Assembly: GCA_965209035.1 (NCBI GenBank)
Contig: OZ242372.1
Location: forward strand, 648,958 to 712,957
DNA length: 64,000 nt
Direction of reading: 5' to 3'
Origin: Gammaproteobacteria bacterium
Lineage (GTDB): Bacteria; Pseudomonadota; Gammaproteobacteria; CBDBNL01; JAAOII01
Part shown: in pieces, positions 19,260-30,374 of the stretch
Layout: each line of letters opens with the position of its first letter
Position numbering within the stretch: the first letter of the stretch is position 1
The notes under the pieces: model-generated
Database searches by the model: none
Told to the model about the DNA's origin: nothing
Seen by the model: the letters and a program-made list of their open reading frames with translations, nothing else
Translations under genes and position numbers: made by a program

Positions 19260-20300
19260 TTATACGGTCGCACAGACACGCCTTGGCAGCAACCTGCCGT
19301 CTTTCAATTCCGCCAGACCCAAAAAAACAGGCCGTTCGTCGGCGGGGGATTTTATTTGCGTGTTTTTTGTAAAAAAGACGCCCACTCGCGGGGGACTTTC
19401 GGTATGTCGAAGGGAACTGTCTTTTAAGGATGCTTCTTTTAAGGACGCAGGTAAGGGCGACGATAAGGGCGGCGGGGCGTAAGGAAAGTCCATACCCCGA
19501 ACAAACAATTCTCTCTCTTGCGGGGAAAGAAATATATTGGGCATCAGATGCGAAAAATCCTCGGGGGGCAAAAGGAAATGAGAGAGATCCAACGCCTCTT
19601 CCAGTGCGGCGAAGGTGTGCATCCGTTCGGCGGAAAATCTGTCTATGCCGGTGCGTCTTAGCCGACTGACATGAGCGCCGCAACCGAGTGCCTCCCCCAA
19701 GTCGGTTGCCATGCTTCTTATATAGACGCCTTTGGAGCATTTAATTTTTAAGGAAATACGGGGGAGGTCAAAATCTGTTAAGAGCAAGGAATGAATGAAG
19801 ACCCGGCGTGCCGATGGCAGGACGGGATGGCCGCTGCGCGCATACTTATACAGGGGCTTGCCTTTGTATTTGATAGCCGAGTAAACGGGCGGACATTGCA
19901 TAATCTCGCCGCGAAATCGGACCAGGGCATCGCGAACATCTTGCTCGGACAGATCGTCGGGGTCGGCGCGTCGGGTAATCTTACCTTCGCGGTCGCCGGT
20001 ATCCGTAGTAACGCCGAGTATCCATTGCGTTTCATATTCTTTGACGGCACCAAGGAACATGTCCGCCAGTTTTGTATAGCCGCCGAGAAGGATGGGCAGC
20101 ATCCCTTCTGCAAGCGGATCCAGACTGCCGCCGTGTCCCGCTTTGGGCCCCGCCTTGGGACCCGCTTCGGCACCGAATTGGCGTTGTCGGAACAATCGCT
20201 TAACCATACTGAGTGCCCGATTGGAGGTAATGCCCGCGGGCTTATCCAACAACAGAATGCCGTCGGATACCGGGGTGTTCGCTTTTATGGTTGTCTCCAT
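19260..20300 (-). CDS. truB: tRNA pseudouridine(55) synthase
   Basis: 'LLLDKPAGITS' and the catalytic 'GHGGSLDPLAEGMLPI' motif. Position downstream of rbfA. Carries an AGPKAGPK tandem insert just before the catalytic Asp motif. Confidence 0.9.
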   Translation of the reverse strand: METTIKANTPVSDGILLLDKPAGITSNRALSMVKRLFRQRQFGAEAGPKAGPKAGHGGSLDPLAEGMLPILLGGYTKLADMFLGAVKEYETQWILGVTTDTGDREGKITRRADPDDLSEQDVRDALVRFRGEIMQCPPVYSAIKYKGKPLYKYARSGHPVLPSARRVFIHSLLLTDFDLPRISLKIKCSKGVYIRSMATDLGEALGCGAHVSRLRRTGIDRFSAERMHTFAALEEALDLSHFLLPPEDFSHLMPNIFLSPQERELFVRGMDFPYAPPPLSSPLPASLKEASLKDSSLRHTESPPRVGVFFTKNTQIKSPADERPVFLGLAELKDGRLLPRRVCATV

Positions 20301-20325
20301 ATGACAGGGCTTGGGATTGGAAGTT

Positions 20326-20697
20326 CTAACTTTCCTGAACTCGGTTCAGAAGATGTTGCACATAGGACTCTTCTTCCGGCGTGCGGTCGTAATGAAATAC
20401 AAGGTTGGGGAGGAACTTAAGCGACAATAAAGGCGCCAGGTTGTGCCGAATAAACTGACTTTTTTCGTTCAGATCCCGGATGAGATCCGCAGGCTTAATC
20501 TTTGGGTCATCCGCAACACACCGGCAGTACACATTTGCAATCCGCAGATCATTGGTCATATTAATGAAACTCACGGTGATGCTTTGAGATTGAAAGTAAG
20601 AACTTTTGCGGTGGAGAATCTGTGTCAATGCCCGGATAAGAACATTTGCCACGCGGTCTTTGCGATGGGGGTCTTTTTTCACGGGCATCTCGAGCAT
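20326..20697 (-). CDS. rbfA: Ribosome-binding factor A
   Basis: 123-aa KH-like protein between infB and truB, with an RbfA-like N-terminal 'RxxRVxxxI' region. Confidence 0.82.
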   Translation of the reverse strand: MLEMPVKKDPHRKDRVANVLIRALTQILHRKSSYFQSQSITVSFINMTNDLRIANVYCRCVADDPKIKPADLIRDLNEKSQFIRHNLAPLLSLKFLPNLVFHYDRTPEEESYVQHLLNRVQES

Positions 20698-20736
20698 TTT
20701 ATGCTTCTTTCCATCTTTCCAAAACCAAAAAAATTT

Positions 20737-23274
20737 TTAAGGAGAAGTCGGTAAGTTCTTGTCGTAGACCTCTATTTGATCGCCGGCACGCACATCTTTG
20801 TAGTCTTTAATGCCTATGCCGCATTCCACTTCTTTTTGGACTTCTTTGACATCTTCTTTAAATCTGCGCAGCGATTCGAGAACTCCTTGGTAAATGACTT
20901 TGTTATCACGCAGGACACGAATGGGTTTTTCTTTCAGGATCTTGCCTTCGATTACCATGCAGCCGGCTATCTGACCGTAAGTTTTTGCGCGAAATACTTC
21001 CTTCACTTCGGCAATGCCCAGTATCTTCTCCGTCCCGCGCAGCATGGATTTTTCTTTAATGACGCGTTGCAATTCATTCCCCAGTTCGTAAATGACGCTG
21101 AAATACTGCACTCTTTCCACAAGATTGCGTTGCTTGATCAATTTCTTGGCCGCACTGTCCGGACGGACATTAAATCCGAGAATTAAGGCGTCGGTTGCTT
21201 CGGCAAGACTGACATCCGTGACATTGATCGCACCCGCGGACTTGGAAACAATATTCACTTCCAAGGAATTTTGGTCGTCCGCTTCGGCAATTACGGTATC
21301 CATCAAAGAGCCGATGGCTTCCAACGAACCCGAGACATCGGTTTTAAGAATTAAGTTGATCTTGGTAATGTGCGTTTGCTTGTCTTGCATAAACGCCACG
21401 GCGTCCGGCGCTCTCGGTCCGGATTGTGTGGTCTTTTTGGCAAGGTTTTGTTTTATTTCGGCAAGTTTGCGCGCTTCTTTCTCGGTCGCACAAACCAGGA
21501 AGGCATCGCCGGCGGACGGAACGCCGCTGAGACCGAAAATCTCCGCGGCTTCGGCCGGGCTGGCTTGCCCAATCGGTTTGCCTTGGTCGTCTCGCATAAT
21601 TTTTATCCGTCCGTAGTGGGAGCCGCTGCTGATAATATCTCCTTTGTTGAGAACACCGTGACGCACCAGCAAGGTGGCGACGGTTCCCATGTTTTTGTCC
21701 AGACGGGATTCAAGCACTCTCCCTCTTGCGGGAATGTCCGTTGCGGCTTTTAAGTCCATGACTTCGGCTTGCACCAAAACGGACTGTAACAATTTGTCTA
21801 TGTTGGTTCCTTCCTTGGCGGATATCTCCACGAACTGAACATCTCCGCCCCATTCCTCGGACTTAAGCCCGCGGGAGGCAAGTTCTTTGCGTATTTGCTC
21901 GGTATTCAAATCGGGTTTGTCTGTTTTTGTGAGCGCGACAACTATCGGCTTTTCGGCAAGGGTGGCGTGCTTAATGGCTTCTTCTGTTTGCGGTTTGATG
22001 CCTTCGTCGGCCGCCACAACCAAAATGACGATATCGGTTACACCGGCACCGCGCGCCCGCATGGCACTAAACGCGGCGTGGCCGGGCGTATCCATGAAAG
22101 TAATCTTTTGACCTTTTAGGTTGACCGTGTAGGCACCCAAGTGCTGGGTGATATTGCCCGCTTCGTTTTCCGCAAGTTTCGTTTTGCGGAGGTAGTCTAA
22201 CAGGGTTGTCTTGCCGTGATCCACATGCCCCATCACTGTTACTATGGGGGGGCGGGAGATCATCTTTGCATCGGCGGGAGGAGCATCAATGCGGCGTTCG
22301 GATATCTCTTCTTCGGTTTCCACCAATAACACCTTGTGTCCGAGTTCTTCCACCAAAAGCGATGCCGTATCCCGGTCCAGAAACCGTTCTTCCCCGACAG
22401 TATCCAGTTCGTCTTGCTTAATTTTTGCTTCAATTTTTTCGACCTTTACCGCCAGTTGGGCGGCAAGATCTTCAAGGGCAATTTTGTCGCCCAAACGAAT
22501 TTCTTTTTGTTTTTGAACGGCCGGTTTTACAAAGCCGTGCCTGGGAGCCACTTTAACACCATTGGCCTTGAACATCTCGCGCCGCAGGGATTGGGAGCCG
22601 GTGCGCGCACCGCCTTGTTTGTTCATCATTTCTTCTATCTCCGCGATATCGTCACTGGTGACACGAATGCCGTAACGCTGCACGGATTTGTCTATGATGG
22701 TTTGGATCTCTTGCGAGCGGGTGCGCTTGTTCTTTTTTTCTTTACTTTGGGCCTGGGCTGCGTCACTCGCACCGGTCTTGACAGGATATTTTCGGACAGG
22801 TTTGGTTGCCGCTTTGGACGATATCGGGTAGGCGGGTCTGCCACTTTTATTTGCTTCAAAAGAACTTCTATTTTTAAGGGGGTTTTTATTATTAAAGGAT
22901 GTTTCCGGCCCTTTTGCGGAACGCATCGGTTTTTGGCCGACTCTTTGATATTCGCCGCTCTGGCGTCTTTGGGCATCCGCCGGGTTTTTGGCTGGAGTTT
23001 TTCCTCTGTTTTGACCGTGCGGTCCCGCCGAGGGCCGTGCCCCCCTTTGGAAACCGGGGCGTCCCTTATGCGGCGCGTTCTTATCGGGTGTTCTTCTTTT
23101 TAATTTTTGCTTGGGGCGGCTGAGTGCGCGGATAATTTTTTCCTTGTCTTTGTAATCCAAAAGGCTATCAACCGTATATTTGGTTAATCCGCCTTTGTGG
23201 ATTCTTGCCAACAGGGAATTCGGATCCACTCTAACGCTCTCGGCAAATTCCTTGAGCGTTATCTTATCGGACAT
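20737..23274 (-). CDS. infB: Translation initiation factor IF-2
   Basis: GTPase '[14 protein letters not shown]' and 'DTPGHAAF', the C-terminal IF2 domains, and a low-complexity N-terminus. Start at 23274 (MSDKIT...); ATG at 23295 is an alternative. Confidence 0.9.
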   Translation of the reverse strand: MSDKITLKEFAESVRVDPNSLLARIHKGGLTKYTVDSLLDYKDKEKIIRALSRPKQKLKRRTPDKNAPHKGRPGFQRGARPSAGPHGQNRGKTPAKNPADAQRRQSGEYQRVGQKPMRSAKGPETSFNNKNPLKNRSSFEANKSGRPAYPISSKAATKPVRKYPVKTGASDAAQAQSKEKKNKRTRSQEIQTIIDKSVQRYGIRVTSDDIAEIEEMMNKQGGARTGSQSLRREMFKANGVKVAPRHGFVKPAVQKQKEIRLGDKIALEDLAAQLAVKVEKIEAKIKQDELDTVGEERFLDRDTASLLVEELGHKVLLVETEEEISERRIDAPPADAKMISRPPIVTVMGHVDHGKTTLLDYLRKTKLAENEAGNITQHLGAYTVNLKGQKITFMDTPGHAAFSAMRARGAGVTDIVILVVAADEGIKPQTEEAIKHATLAEKPIVVALTKTDKPDLNTEQIRKELASRGLKSEEWGGDVQFVEISAKEGTNIDKLLQSVLVQAEVMDLKAATDIPARGRVLESRLDKNMGTVATLLVRHGVLNKGDIISSGSHYGRIKIMRDDQGKPIGQASPAEAAEIFGLSGVPSAGDAFLVCATEKEARKLAEIKQNLAKKTTQSGPRAPDAVAFMQDKQTHITKINLILKTDVSGSLEAIGSLMDTVIAEADDQNSLEVNIVSKSAGAINVTDVSLAEATDALILGFNVRPDSAAKKLIKQRNLVERVQYFSVIYELGNELQRVIKEKSMLRGTEKILGIAEVKEVFRAKTYGQIAGCMVIEGKILKEKPIRVLRDNKVIYQGVLESLRRFKEDVKEVQKEVECGIGIKDYKDVRAGDQIEVYDKNLPTSP

Positions 23275-23284
23275 CGGCTGGCCT

Positions 23285-24808
23285 TCAGTCGGCATCTATT
23301 TGGCGCGCGGCGAGAATGATTTTTTCTCCCAATTCTGTTTCAAAACTTTCACCGAGCATTTTGTTCAACTCATCCAATGAACATTCCGCCAATGCCTTGC
23401 GTGTGAAAACTTTGTTGTCAATCAGGCAATTGGCAATATCATTATTAATTCCTTCTATTTCTATCAATTCCTTCGTCGCCTCATAACGAAAAGCCTCGGA
23501 CATCAGGTAATCGCTCGCTCTTTGGCAAAGTTCTTCCACCAATTCTTCGTCAAAATCTTTGATGCGCAGCAACTTTTCCGTGGGAGCATATGCGATCTGT
23601 TGGATACTGGTGAACCCGCTTTCTATGAGATCCATGGCAATATCGTCTTCCAAATCAAGAACCCGGATGTAAAAACTCTTGAGGGCTTCCAATGCTTGTT
23701 CGTGCTTTTCCTTGGCTTCGTCGGCACGCATCACATTAATGTCCCAGCCGATCAGCCGAACGGCCAAACGGACATTTTGACCGTTACGACCGAGAATTTC
23801 ACCGATGTTATCCGCATCGGCGGCAACGTCTATGTTGCGGTTGGCGGTGTTAATGGTAACCGCAATAATGTTGCGGTTGGCAAGAACATTTCGCACAAGT
23901 TGTTCGGGCGAATCACTCCATTCCAGAATATCCACTTTTTCGCCGCGCAGTTCTTCTTCCACCGCTTGGACGCGTTTTCCTTGCATGCCGATACACGCAC
24001 TCATCGGGTCAATCCGTTTGTCTTTGGCACGCACCGCCACCTTGCATCTGAGGCCGGGAAGACGCGCAATTGCACGAATTTCAACAATTTGCTGGGCAAC
24101 TTCGGGCACCTCGCGGACAAAGAGACCGCGGATCATGTTATCGCTGGTGCGGCTGAGATAGAGTTGATGCATGCTTTTTTCGGCGTCAACAAGTTCCAGT
24201 ACCGCGCTAATGTCGTCATCGGGATAATACTTGTCCTGTGGCAGCATGGCATCTTGCGGCAAAATGGCTTCCACTCGCTCGTTGAGAAGAACGATGATGT
24301 CGCCCGTTCTTGTGATGCGTTTGACCACCCCGGAAAGGACCTTGCCGAGTTTGGGGCGGTAGTCTTCCACCAGTTGTTTTCTTTCGGCTTCGCGCACCTT
24401 TTGCATAATTAAATGCTTGGCGGTTTGAATGGCGATTCTGTCAAACTCTATGCCGGGAATTTCTTTGAATTCAAGGTTTGGATTTGGTGAGGTCTCAGCA
24501 TTGTCAGGGTTGGGGTCAGGGTTGGGGTCAAGGTCGGGTTCCGTATCGGAAGTTTCGGTTTCCGGTGCGGGCACTTTTTCTTCCCTCGCCGGTTCCTCCG
24601 CATCCTCTTCGATCACCGCTTGCCATATGGTGTAATAGCCGTTTTCTTTGTCAATACTCACTTTTATTGTTTCGTGGGGACAATGCAGCTGTTTGCTAAC
24701 GGCTCCGGCAATGGCGTACTCAAGCGCACCGGCAATAGCTTCTTTGTCCAATCCCTTTTGTTGTGAGAGGACATTAATCATTGAGATCACTTCTTTTGGA
24801 TTCATCAT
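23285..24808 (-). CDS. nusA: Transcription termination/antitermination factor NusA
   Basis: N-terminal RNAP-binding domain, S1 and two KH domains, and C-terminal acidic repeats. Contains a DPNPDPNPD low-complexity insert encoded by a short tandem repeat. Confidence 0.92.
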   Translation of the reverse strand: MMNPKEVISMINVLSQQKGLDKEAIAGALEYAIAGAVSKQLHCPHETIKVSIDKENGYYTIWQAVIEEDAEEPAREEKVPAPETETSDTEPDLDPNPDPNPDNAETSPNPNLEFKEIPGIEFDRIAIQTAKHLIMQKVREAERKQLVEDYRPKLGKVLSGVVKRITRTGDIIVLLNERVEAILPQDAMLPQDKYYPDDDISAVLELVDAEKSMHQLYLSRTSDNMIRGLFVREVPEVAQQIVEIRAIARLPGLRCKVAVRAKDKRIDPMSACIGMQGKRVQAVEEELRGEKVDILEWSDSPEQLVRNVLANRNIIAVTINTANRNIDVAADADNIGEILGRNGQNVRLAVRLIGWDINVMRADEAKEKHEQALEALKSFYIRVLDLEDDIAMDLIESGFTSIQQIAYAPTEKLLRIKDFDEELVEELCQRASDYLMSEAFRYEATKELIEIEGINNDIANCLIDNKVFTRKALAECSLDELNKMLGESFETELGEKIILAARQIDAD

Positions 24809-24813
24809 TTTTC

Positions 24814-25293
24814 TTATTTCTTAAAAAGACCGGTGTAATCCGGTTCAAGTTGTCCTTTTTCAATATGAACATGCATTAATTGATATAGTTTTTGCTCCCG
24901 TTGAAGCGCATCGGATTCGCGCAGGCTCAGAGTATTCTCGTCACTGGCGATCAAACAACCCAGAAAGTTGCGTTGTCCGTCAATCGGCACTCTGGTGCGA
25001 ACTCGGATTTGTTTGCCGATATAGTCCGTGTATTGCTGCGGTTGAAAAAATTTACGCGCAAGGCCGGGCGAAGAGACTTCCAGCACATAATTTTCTTCTC
25101 TGAGACACAAACTCAGTTGGCGGTTAACTCGGGCACAGTCTTCAACACTGATGCCGATGTTTGACTTTTTGGCGTCCAAGATGTCTATATACACCCGGAC
25201 CAGACAAGAAAATCTGCCGGGAATGACTTCCATACCCCACAGAATATAACCCAGAGAGCGAACTTCGTCCGCCACCAAATTATTTAACTCCAT
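24814..25293 (-). CDS. rimP: Ribosome maturation factor RimP
   Basis: Collinear with E. coli RimP ('GYILWGMEVI', 'LEVSSPGL'). Start at 25293 (MELNNLV...). First gene of the rimP-nusA-infB operon. Confidence 0.8.
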   Translation of the reverse strand: MELNNLVADEVRSLGYILWGMEVIPGRFSCLVRVYIDILDAKKSNIGISVEDCARVNRQLSLCLREENYVLEVSSPGLARKFFQPQQYTDYIGKQIRVRTRVPIDGQRNFLGCLIASDENTLSLRESDALQREQKLYQLMHVHIEKGQLEPDYTGLFKK

Positions 25294-25468
25294 ATTTACT
25301 TTGTTTATCATATAAAAAAGACACATTTATCTAAAATATCTGTCATAGAATGACCGAGTAATAGTTTATCACAATTATGATTCCAAAATCACTTTCCGGG
25401 TTATGAATCGGAGAATATGCGAACCTCCGCGGCGATGCTCTCAATGAATCGGGTAAGAATCGGGGGAA

Positions 25469-26116
25469 ATGACGACGAAGCGCGCGGATCCCTTTCGTAA
25501 AAAAGCGATAATTGAAGGTTATCGTTCCCGGGCTGCCTATAAATTGATGCAAATAGACGATAAATACCATGTTCTTGCCGGGTGTCGGGGTATTGTGGAA
25601 CTGGGTGCCTATCCGGGAGGATGGACACAGGTGATTTTGCGGCGCGCATCTACGGCATTGACGGTGACATGCGATAAGATTGCGACCGGACCGGAACATA
25701 TGGCGGAATTGAGGCAGATGACAGACAAGACGCGCCTTGTCACGATTTGCGGTGATTTTAGAAGAGCAGAAGTCCGAAAGGAAATTACCGGGCATATCGG
25801 CTCTGTTCCGATTGATCTTGTTTTATCCGATATGTCGCCCAACATCAGCGGTAACCGTTTGAGAGATCAGGCCGGAATACGCGAACTGGCAACGGATGCT
25901 CTGACATACGCAACGAGCATTCTGGCCGGCGAGCGCGGCGCGTTTTTGATCAAATTTTTTCAGGGCGAAGAGATGAATGATTTTGTCGCACAAGTGCGCG
26001 CGCATTTTCGAGTTCTGAAGATCATCAAGCCCGGCGCGTCCAAAAAAGAATCAGCGGAAGTTTATGTGCTGGGTAATCGTTTTGTTGGCGGAAATCACGG
26101 CAAGGTGAGTGAATAG
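25469..26116 (+). CDS. rlmE: 23S rRNA (uridine2552-2'-O)-methyltransferase RlmE/FtsJ
   Basis: 'RSRAAYKL' and 'ELGAYPGGWTQV' SAM-MTase motifs. Immediately upstream of ftsH as in the conserved ftsJ-ftsH pair. Confidence 0.88.
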   Translation: MTTKRADPFRKKAIIEGYRSRAAYKLMQIDDKYHVLAGCRGIVELGAYPGGWTQVILRRASTALTVTCDKIATGPEHMAELRQMTDKTRLVTICGDFRRAEVRKEITGHIGSVPIDLVLSDMSPNISGNRLRDQAGIRELATDALTYATSILAGERGAFLIKFFQGEEMNDFVAQVRAHFRVLKIIKPGASKKESAEVYVLGNRFVGGNHGKVSE

Positions 26117-26163
26117 TCGGTGTCGAGTTGCACAGAGGAGCCGTTATGTGTTAAAATAAATGT

Positions 26164-28116
26164 ATGATGAGAAACATTCTTTTGTGGCTGATGATTGCCA
26201 CTTTTTTGGCGGCGGTGTTTGGAAACGGATTGCAACTGACCCGGATGACCAATAATAATAAGGTTACATATTCCACTTTTATTAGAGAAGTCAATCAAGG
26301 GGCTGTGGCAACCGTTACAATAGACGGCTATACGATTCGCGGTGAGTATACCAACGGCGATGCTTTTATCACGACGCGGCCGGCGGCTCAGGACGGGCAG
26401 TTAATGGAAGACTTATTTCGCAATAATGTCGAAATTAAGGGAGTGGAACCGCAAAGACAAGGGTTTTTACGCCAGTTGCTATTGGCGGCATTTCCCGTTC
26501 TTCTTCTTTTTGGTATCCTGTTTTTGGCGATGCGCAGCTTGCAGGGACGCGGCGGCATGATGGGAGGGAATAACCCGACCTCTTTTGGACGAAGTCGCGC
26601 GCGGATGCTCAACAAAGAAGATGTGAAAACAACCTTTAAAGATGTGGCGGGAATAGAAGAAGCCAAGGAAGAGGTCAGCGAATTGGTGGACTTTTTACGG
26701 GATCCGGGGAAGTTTAGTCGGTTGGGCGCGCGCATTCCGAGAGGCGTTTTGATGTGCGGGCCGCCGGGGACCGGCAAGACTTTGTTGGCACGCGCCATTG
26801 CGGGAGAGGCGGATGTTCCCTTTTTTAGTATTTCCGGTTCGGACTTTGTGGAGATGTTCGTCGGGGTGGGGGCATCGCGCGTTCGGGATATGTTTGCTCA
26901 GGCAAAAAAACAATCTCCTTGTATTATCTTCATAGACGAAATTGATGCGGTGGGACGGCACAGGGGTGCCGGGCTAGGCGGCGGACATGACGAACGGGAG
27001 CAAACTCTCAATCAACTGTTGGTGGAGATGGACGGTTTTGAGGGTAAGGAGGGAATCATTATCATTGCCGCCACCAACCGACCGGATGTTTTGGACCCGG
27101 CACTTTTGCGTCCCGGACGGTTTGACCGACAGGTCATTGTGCCGCTGCCGGATGTGGCGGGGCGAACGGAGATCCTTAAGGTGCATCTGGAAAAAATTAA
27201 AAAAGAAACCGATTTGGATCCGGCCATGATTGCCCGCGGGACACCCGGGTTTTCCGGGGCGGATTTGGCCAATCTGGTCAATGAGGCGGCATTGTTGTGC
27301 GCGCGCGCAAAAAAGAATAAGGTGGGAATATCCGAATTGGATCAGGCCAAGGATAAGATCATGATGGGCAGGGAGCGGCGTTCTATGGTTATGAGCGAAG
27401 ATGAAAAAAAATTGACCGCTTATCACGAGGCAGGCCATGCAATTGTCGGGCTGAGTGTGCCGGAGCATGACCCAATTTACAAGGTGACCATTATTCCGCG
27501 CGGGAGAGCCCTGGGGGTGACGATGTTCTTGCCGGAGCGAGACAAATACAGTATGAGCAAGAACGCACTTTTAAGCCAACTGTGCAGCCTTTACGGCGGT
27601 CGGGTTGCCGAAGAATTGGTTTTTGGGAAAGAGCAAATTACGACCGGGGCATCCAATGACATAGAGCGTGCCACAGATATGGCGCGGTCGATGGTTACAA
27701 AATGGGGACTCTCCGAGGAATTGGGACCGCAGAAATATGACGAGGATAACGATTCGGTGTTTCTGGGAAGGCGAGCCGCGGTTCAATCGCAACTGCAAAT
27801 TTCGCAGGAGACTAGCAAGAAGATAGACGCCGAAATTCATAAAATTCTTTCGCAATCCTATCAAAGGGCAAAAACAATATTGCAAGATAAAATCAATATC
27901 TTGCACTTAATGGCACGGAGTTTGATGAAATACGAGACGATCAATCACGAACAGATTCAGGTGATCATGACGGGCAAGAACCCACCACCGCCACCAAGTT
28001 GGAATGATCGCGGGACGGGAACAGGCAAGAAAAAGACCCGCAAAAAGAAAAAAAGCGAAACCGGTCCGACTTCTTTGGCGGGAGGCTCTTCTTTGGCGAC
28101 AGGAAATACGCCATGA
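26164..28116 (+). CDS. ftsH: ATP-dependent zinc metalloprotease FtsH
   Basis: Two N-terminal TM segments, AAA Walker A 'GPPGTGKT', SRH, and the zinc site 'HEAGHA'. Confidence 0.96.
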   Translation: MMRNILLWLMIATFLAAVFGNGLQLTRMTNNNKVTYSTFIREVNQGAVATVTIDGYTIRGEYTNGDAFITTRPAAQDGQLMEDLFRNNVEIKGVEPQRQGFLRQLLLAAFPVLLLFGILFLAMRSLQGRGGMMGGNNPTSFGRSRARMLNKEDVKTTFKDVAGIEEAKEEVSELVDFLRDPGKFSRLGARIPRGVLMCGPPGTGKTLLARAIAGEADVPFFSISGSDFVEMFVGVGASRVRDMFAQAKKQSPCIIFIDEIDAVGRHRGAGLGGGHDEREQTLNQLLVEMDGFEGKEGIIIIAATNRPDVLDPALLRPGRFDRQVIVPLPDVAGRTEILKVHLEKIKKETDLDPAMIARGTPGFSGADLANLVNEAALLCARAKKNKVGISELDQAKDKIMMGRERRSMVMSEDEKKLTAYHEAGHAIVGLSVPEHDPIYKVTIIPRGRALGVTMFLPERDKYSMSKNALLSQLCSLYGGRVAEELVFGKEQITTGASNDIERATDMARSMVTKWGLSEELGPQKYDEDNDSVFLGRRAAVQSQLQISQETSKKIDAEIHKILSQSYQRAKTILQDKINILHLMARSLMKYETINHEQIQVIMTGKNPPPPPSWNDRGTGTGKKKTRKKKKSETGPTSLAGGSSLATGNTP

Positions 28117-28255
28117 AGGATCTCACCTACTTTTCTTACTCTTAATAAAATTTTTTAAGGTTTCACCGGGCGGGCGGCTACCCGTATGCTATCAGCTGCT
28201 CGTTTATTCCCCTTCCCGTACCGGTCGGGGGTTATTTTGTTGACGACTTAAACAG

Positions 28256-28296
28256 AAGGACCTCTTGCCTTGAGAGGTTAAATCATTTATTTTTTG
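28256..28296 (+). terminator. Putative rho-independent terminator between convergent ftsH and acs
   Basis: Stem GACCTCTTG/CAAGAGGTT... followed by a TTTATTTTTTG run on the plus strand. Confidence 0.45.
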
Positions 28297-28300
28297 CGGT

Positions 28301-30262
28301 TTACTTACGGTTGCTTGCGGTTTGTTTGTGGCTTTTGATGAGATCATCCACAACGGAGGCGTCGGCAAGAGTGGATGTGTCTCCCAGTTCTTCGTGTTCG
28401 CCCGTTGCAATTTTGCGGAGAATGCGGCGCATGATTTTACCCGAGCGGGTTTTGGGCAGTGCGGGTGTCAACAGCAGAATATCCGGTTTGGCAATCGGGC
28501 CAATTTGCTCGCGCACAGTTTGAATTAATTCTTCTCGCAGAGAATTGGTGGGTTCCGCTCCCAATACCGGAGTAACATACGCATAAATACCCTGCCCCTT
28601 TATCTCGTGCGGAAAGCCGACCACGGCTGCTTCCGCCACCGCCGGATGGGCCACCAAGGCACTTTCTATTTCGGCTGTCCCCAGTCTGTGGCCGGAAACA
28701 TTAATGACATCGTCCATACGCCCGGTAATCCAATAGTAACCGTCTTTGTCGCGTCTTGCCATATCACCGCTAAAATAGTAGTTTTCAAAAGTACTGAAAT
28801 AGGTTGTCACAAAGCGTTCGTGATTGCCGTATATGGAGCGGGCCTGACCGGGCCAGGAGTCGCTGATCACCAGAGCGCCGTTCGCTTCGCCGGTCTGTTC
28901 CTCTCCTTTTTCATTCAATAATGCGGGCCGGACGCCGAAAAACGGCAGGGTCGCCGAGCCGGGCTTTAAGGGGGTGGCTCCGGGCAAGGGTGTTATCATA
29001 TGACCGCCGGTTTCGGTTTGCCACCAGGTGTCCACTATGGGAAGTGTGTTGTTGCCCAATACTTTGCGATACCAACGCCAGGCTTCCGGGTTGATTGGCT
29101 CGCCCACTGTTCCGAGGACCTTAAGACTCTTGAGAGAACATTTTTCATATATTTTGTCCCCTTCGCGCATCAAGGCGCGGATCGCCGTCGGTGCCGTATA
29201 AAACGATGCGACCTTGTGTTTGTCGATGATCTCGCCCCAGCGTGCGGAAGTCGGATAGTTGGGCAGGCCTTCATACATTAAAGTGATCGCGCCGTTGGCA
29301 AGTGGTCCGTAGACAATGTAACTGTGGCCGGTAACCCATCCCACATCGGCACCACACCAATAGACATCGCCGTCATGATAGTCAAAAGTATATTGATGCG
29401 TGATGGAACACCATACCAGGTAGCCGCCAATGGTATGCATTAATCCCTTGGGCTTGCCGGTAGAGCCGGATGTATAAAGAATAAAAAGAGGGTCTTCCGC
29501 ATTTAGAGGCTCCGGTGGGCAGTCCGCACTTTGTTCGGCAATCAGCTCGTGATACCAAACATCATTAATAGTATGGCCCGCGCGAAAAGGAATGTCGGCG
29601 TTTGTTGCCCGGACGACCAGGGTGTGCTTCACTGTTTTGGTTTTTTCCAGAGCCCTGTCCACATTTTGTTTGAGCGGAATACGTTTGCCACCGCGCACAC
29701 CTTCGTCCGCGGTAATCACCAGGTTGCTGTCGGAATCATTGATGCGTCCGGCCAGGGCTTCGGGCGAGAACCCGCCAAAAACAACCGAATGGATGATCCC
29801 CAGTCTGGCACAGGCAAGCATGGCGACAGCGGCTTCGGGGATCATTGGCATGTAAATGGTGGCAACATCTCCTTTTTTGTAGTTAAGCGATTTTAGACCG
29901 TTCGCCAGTTTGCATACCTCTGCGTGCAATTCTTTGTATGTGAGAGTCGCGTCTTTGTCGGGTGTGTCTCCCTCCCAAATGATGGCGACCTGATCGCCGC
30001 GTTTTGCCAGATGTCGGTCCAAACAATTATGGCATGCGTTAAGGACGCCGTCTTCAAACCATCGGATGTCTACCTTGTCGCGTTGAAACGATGTGTTCTT
30101 AACCTTGCCGTAAGGTTTAAACCAGTCCAATCGTCTGCCTTGCTCGGCCCAAAATTTTTCCGGGTCCGCCAAGGAAGCGGCGTACATCTCTTTATATTTC
30201 TTTGCGTCTATCCAGGCCTTTTTTGCCAAAAGGGCATCCGGTAAGTAAATGTTTTGACTCAT
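28301..30262 (-). CDS. acs: Acetyl-CoA synthetase (AMP-forming)
   Basis: 653 aa. Adenylate-forming motifs '[11 protein letters not shown]' and '[24 protein letters not shown]', and a C-terminal acylatable Lys region '[11 protein letters not shown]'. AAGGAG Shine-Dalgarno upstream. Confidence 0.93.
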   Translation of the reverse strand: MSQNIYLPDALLAKKAWIDAKKYKEMYAASLADPEKFWAEQGRRLDWFKPYGKVKNTSFQRDKVDIRWFEDGVLNACHNCLDRHLAKRGDQVAIIWEGDTPDKDATLTYKELHAEVCKLANGLKSLNYKKGDVATIYMPMIPEAAVAMLACARLGIIHSVVFGGFSPEALAGRINDSDSNLVITADEGVRGGKRIPLKQNVDRALEKTKTVKHTLVVRATNADIPFRAGHTINDVWYHELIAEQSADCPPEPLNAEDPLFILYTSGSTGKPKGLMHTIGGYLVWCSITHQYTFDYHDGDVYWCGADVGWVTGHSYIVYGPLANGAITLMYEGLPNYPTSARWGEIIDKHKVASFYTAPTAIRALMREGDKIYEKCSLKSLKVLGTVGEPINPEAWRWYRKVLGNNTLPIVDTWWQTETGGHMITPLPGATPLKPGSATLPFFGVRPALLNEKGEEQTGEANGALVISDSWPGQARSIYGNHERFVTTYFSTFENYYFSGDMARRDKDGYYWITGRMDDVINVSGHRLGTAEIESALVAHPAVAEAAVVGFPHEIKGQGIYAYVTPVLGAEPTNSLREELIQTVREQIGPIAKPDILLLTPALPKTRSGKIMRRILRKIATGEHEELGDTSTLADASVVDDLIKSHKQTASNRK

Positions 30263-30374
30263 AAATAATCTCCTTTTTTGTTTTGTTTATTAGTATCAAT
30301 TTATTTCGGTTATTTTACCAAAATTTTTTTGGTTTTGCCCTATTTTTGAATATGGTCTTGCTGTCTCTTTTTGA

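Noticed and set aside
25327-25468. Possible tRNA-fMet (metY) upstream of rimP, as in E. coli
   Set aside because: No cloverleaf with a CAT anticodon could be folded from this 140-bp divergent promoter region.
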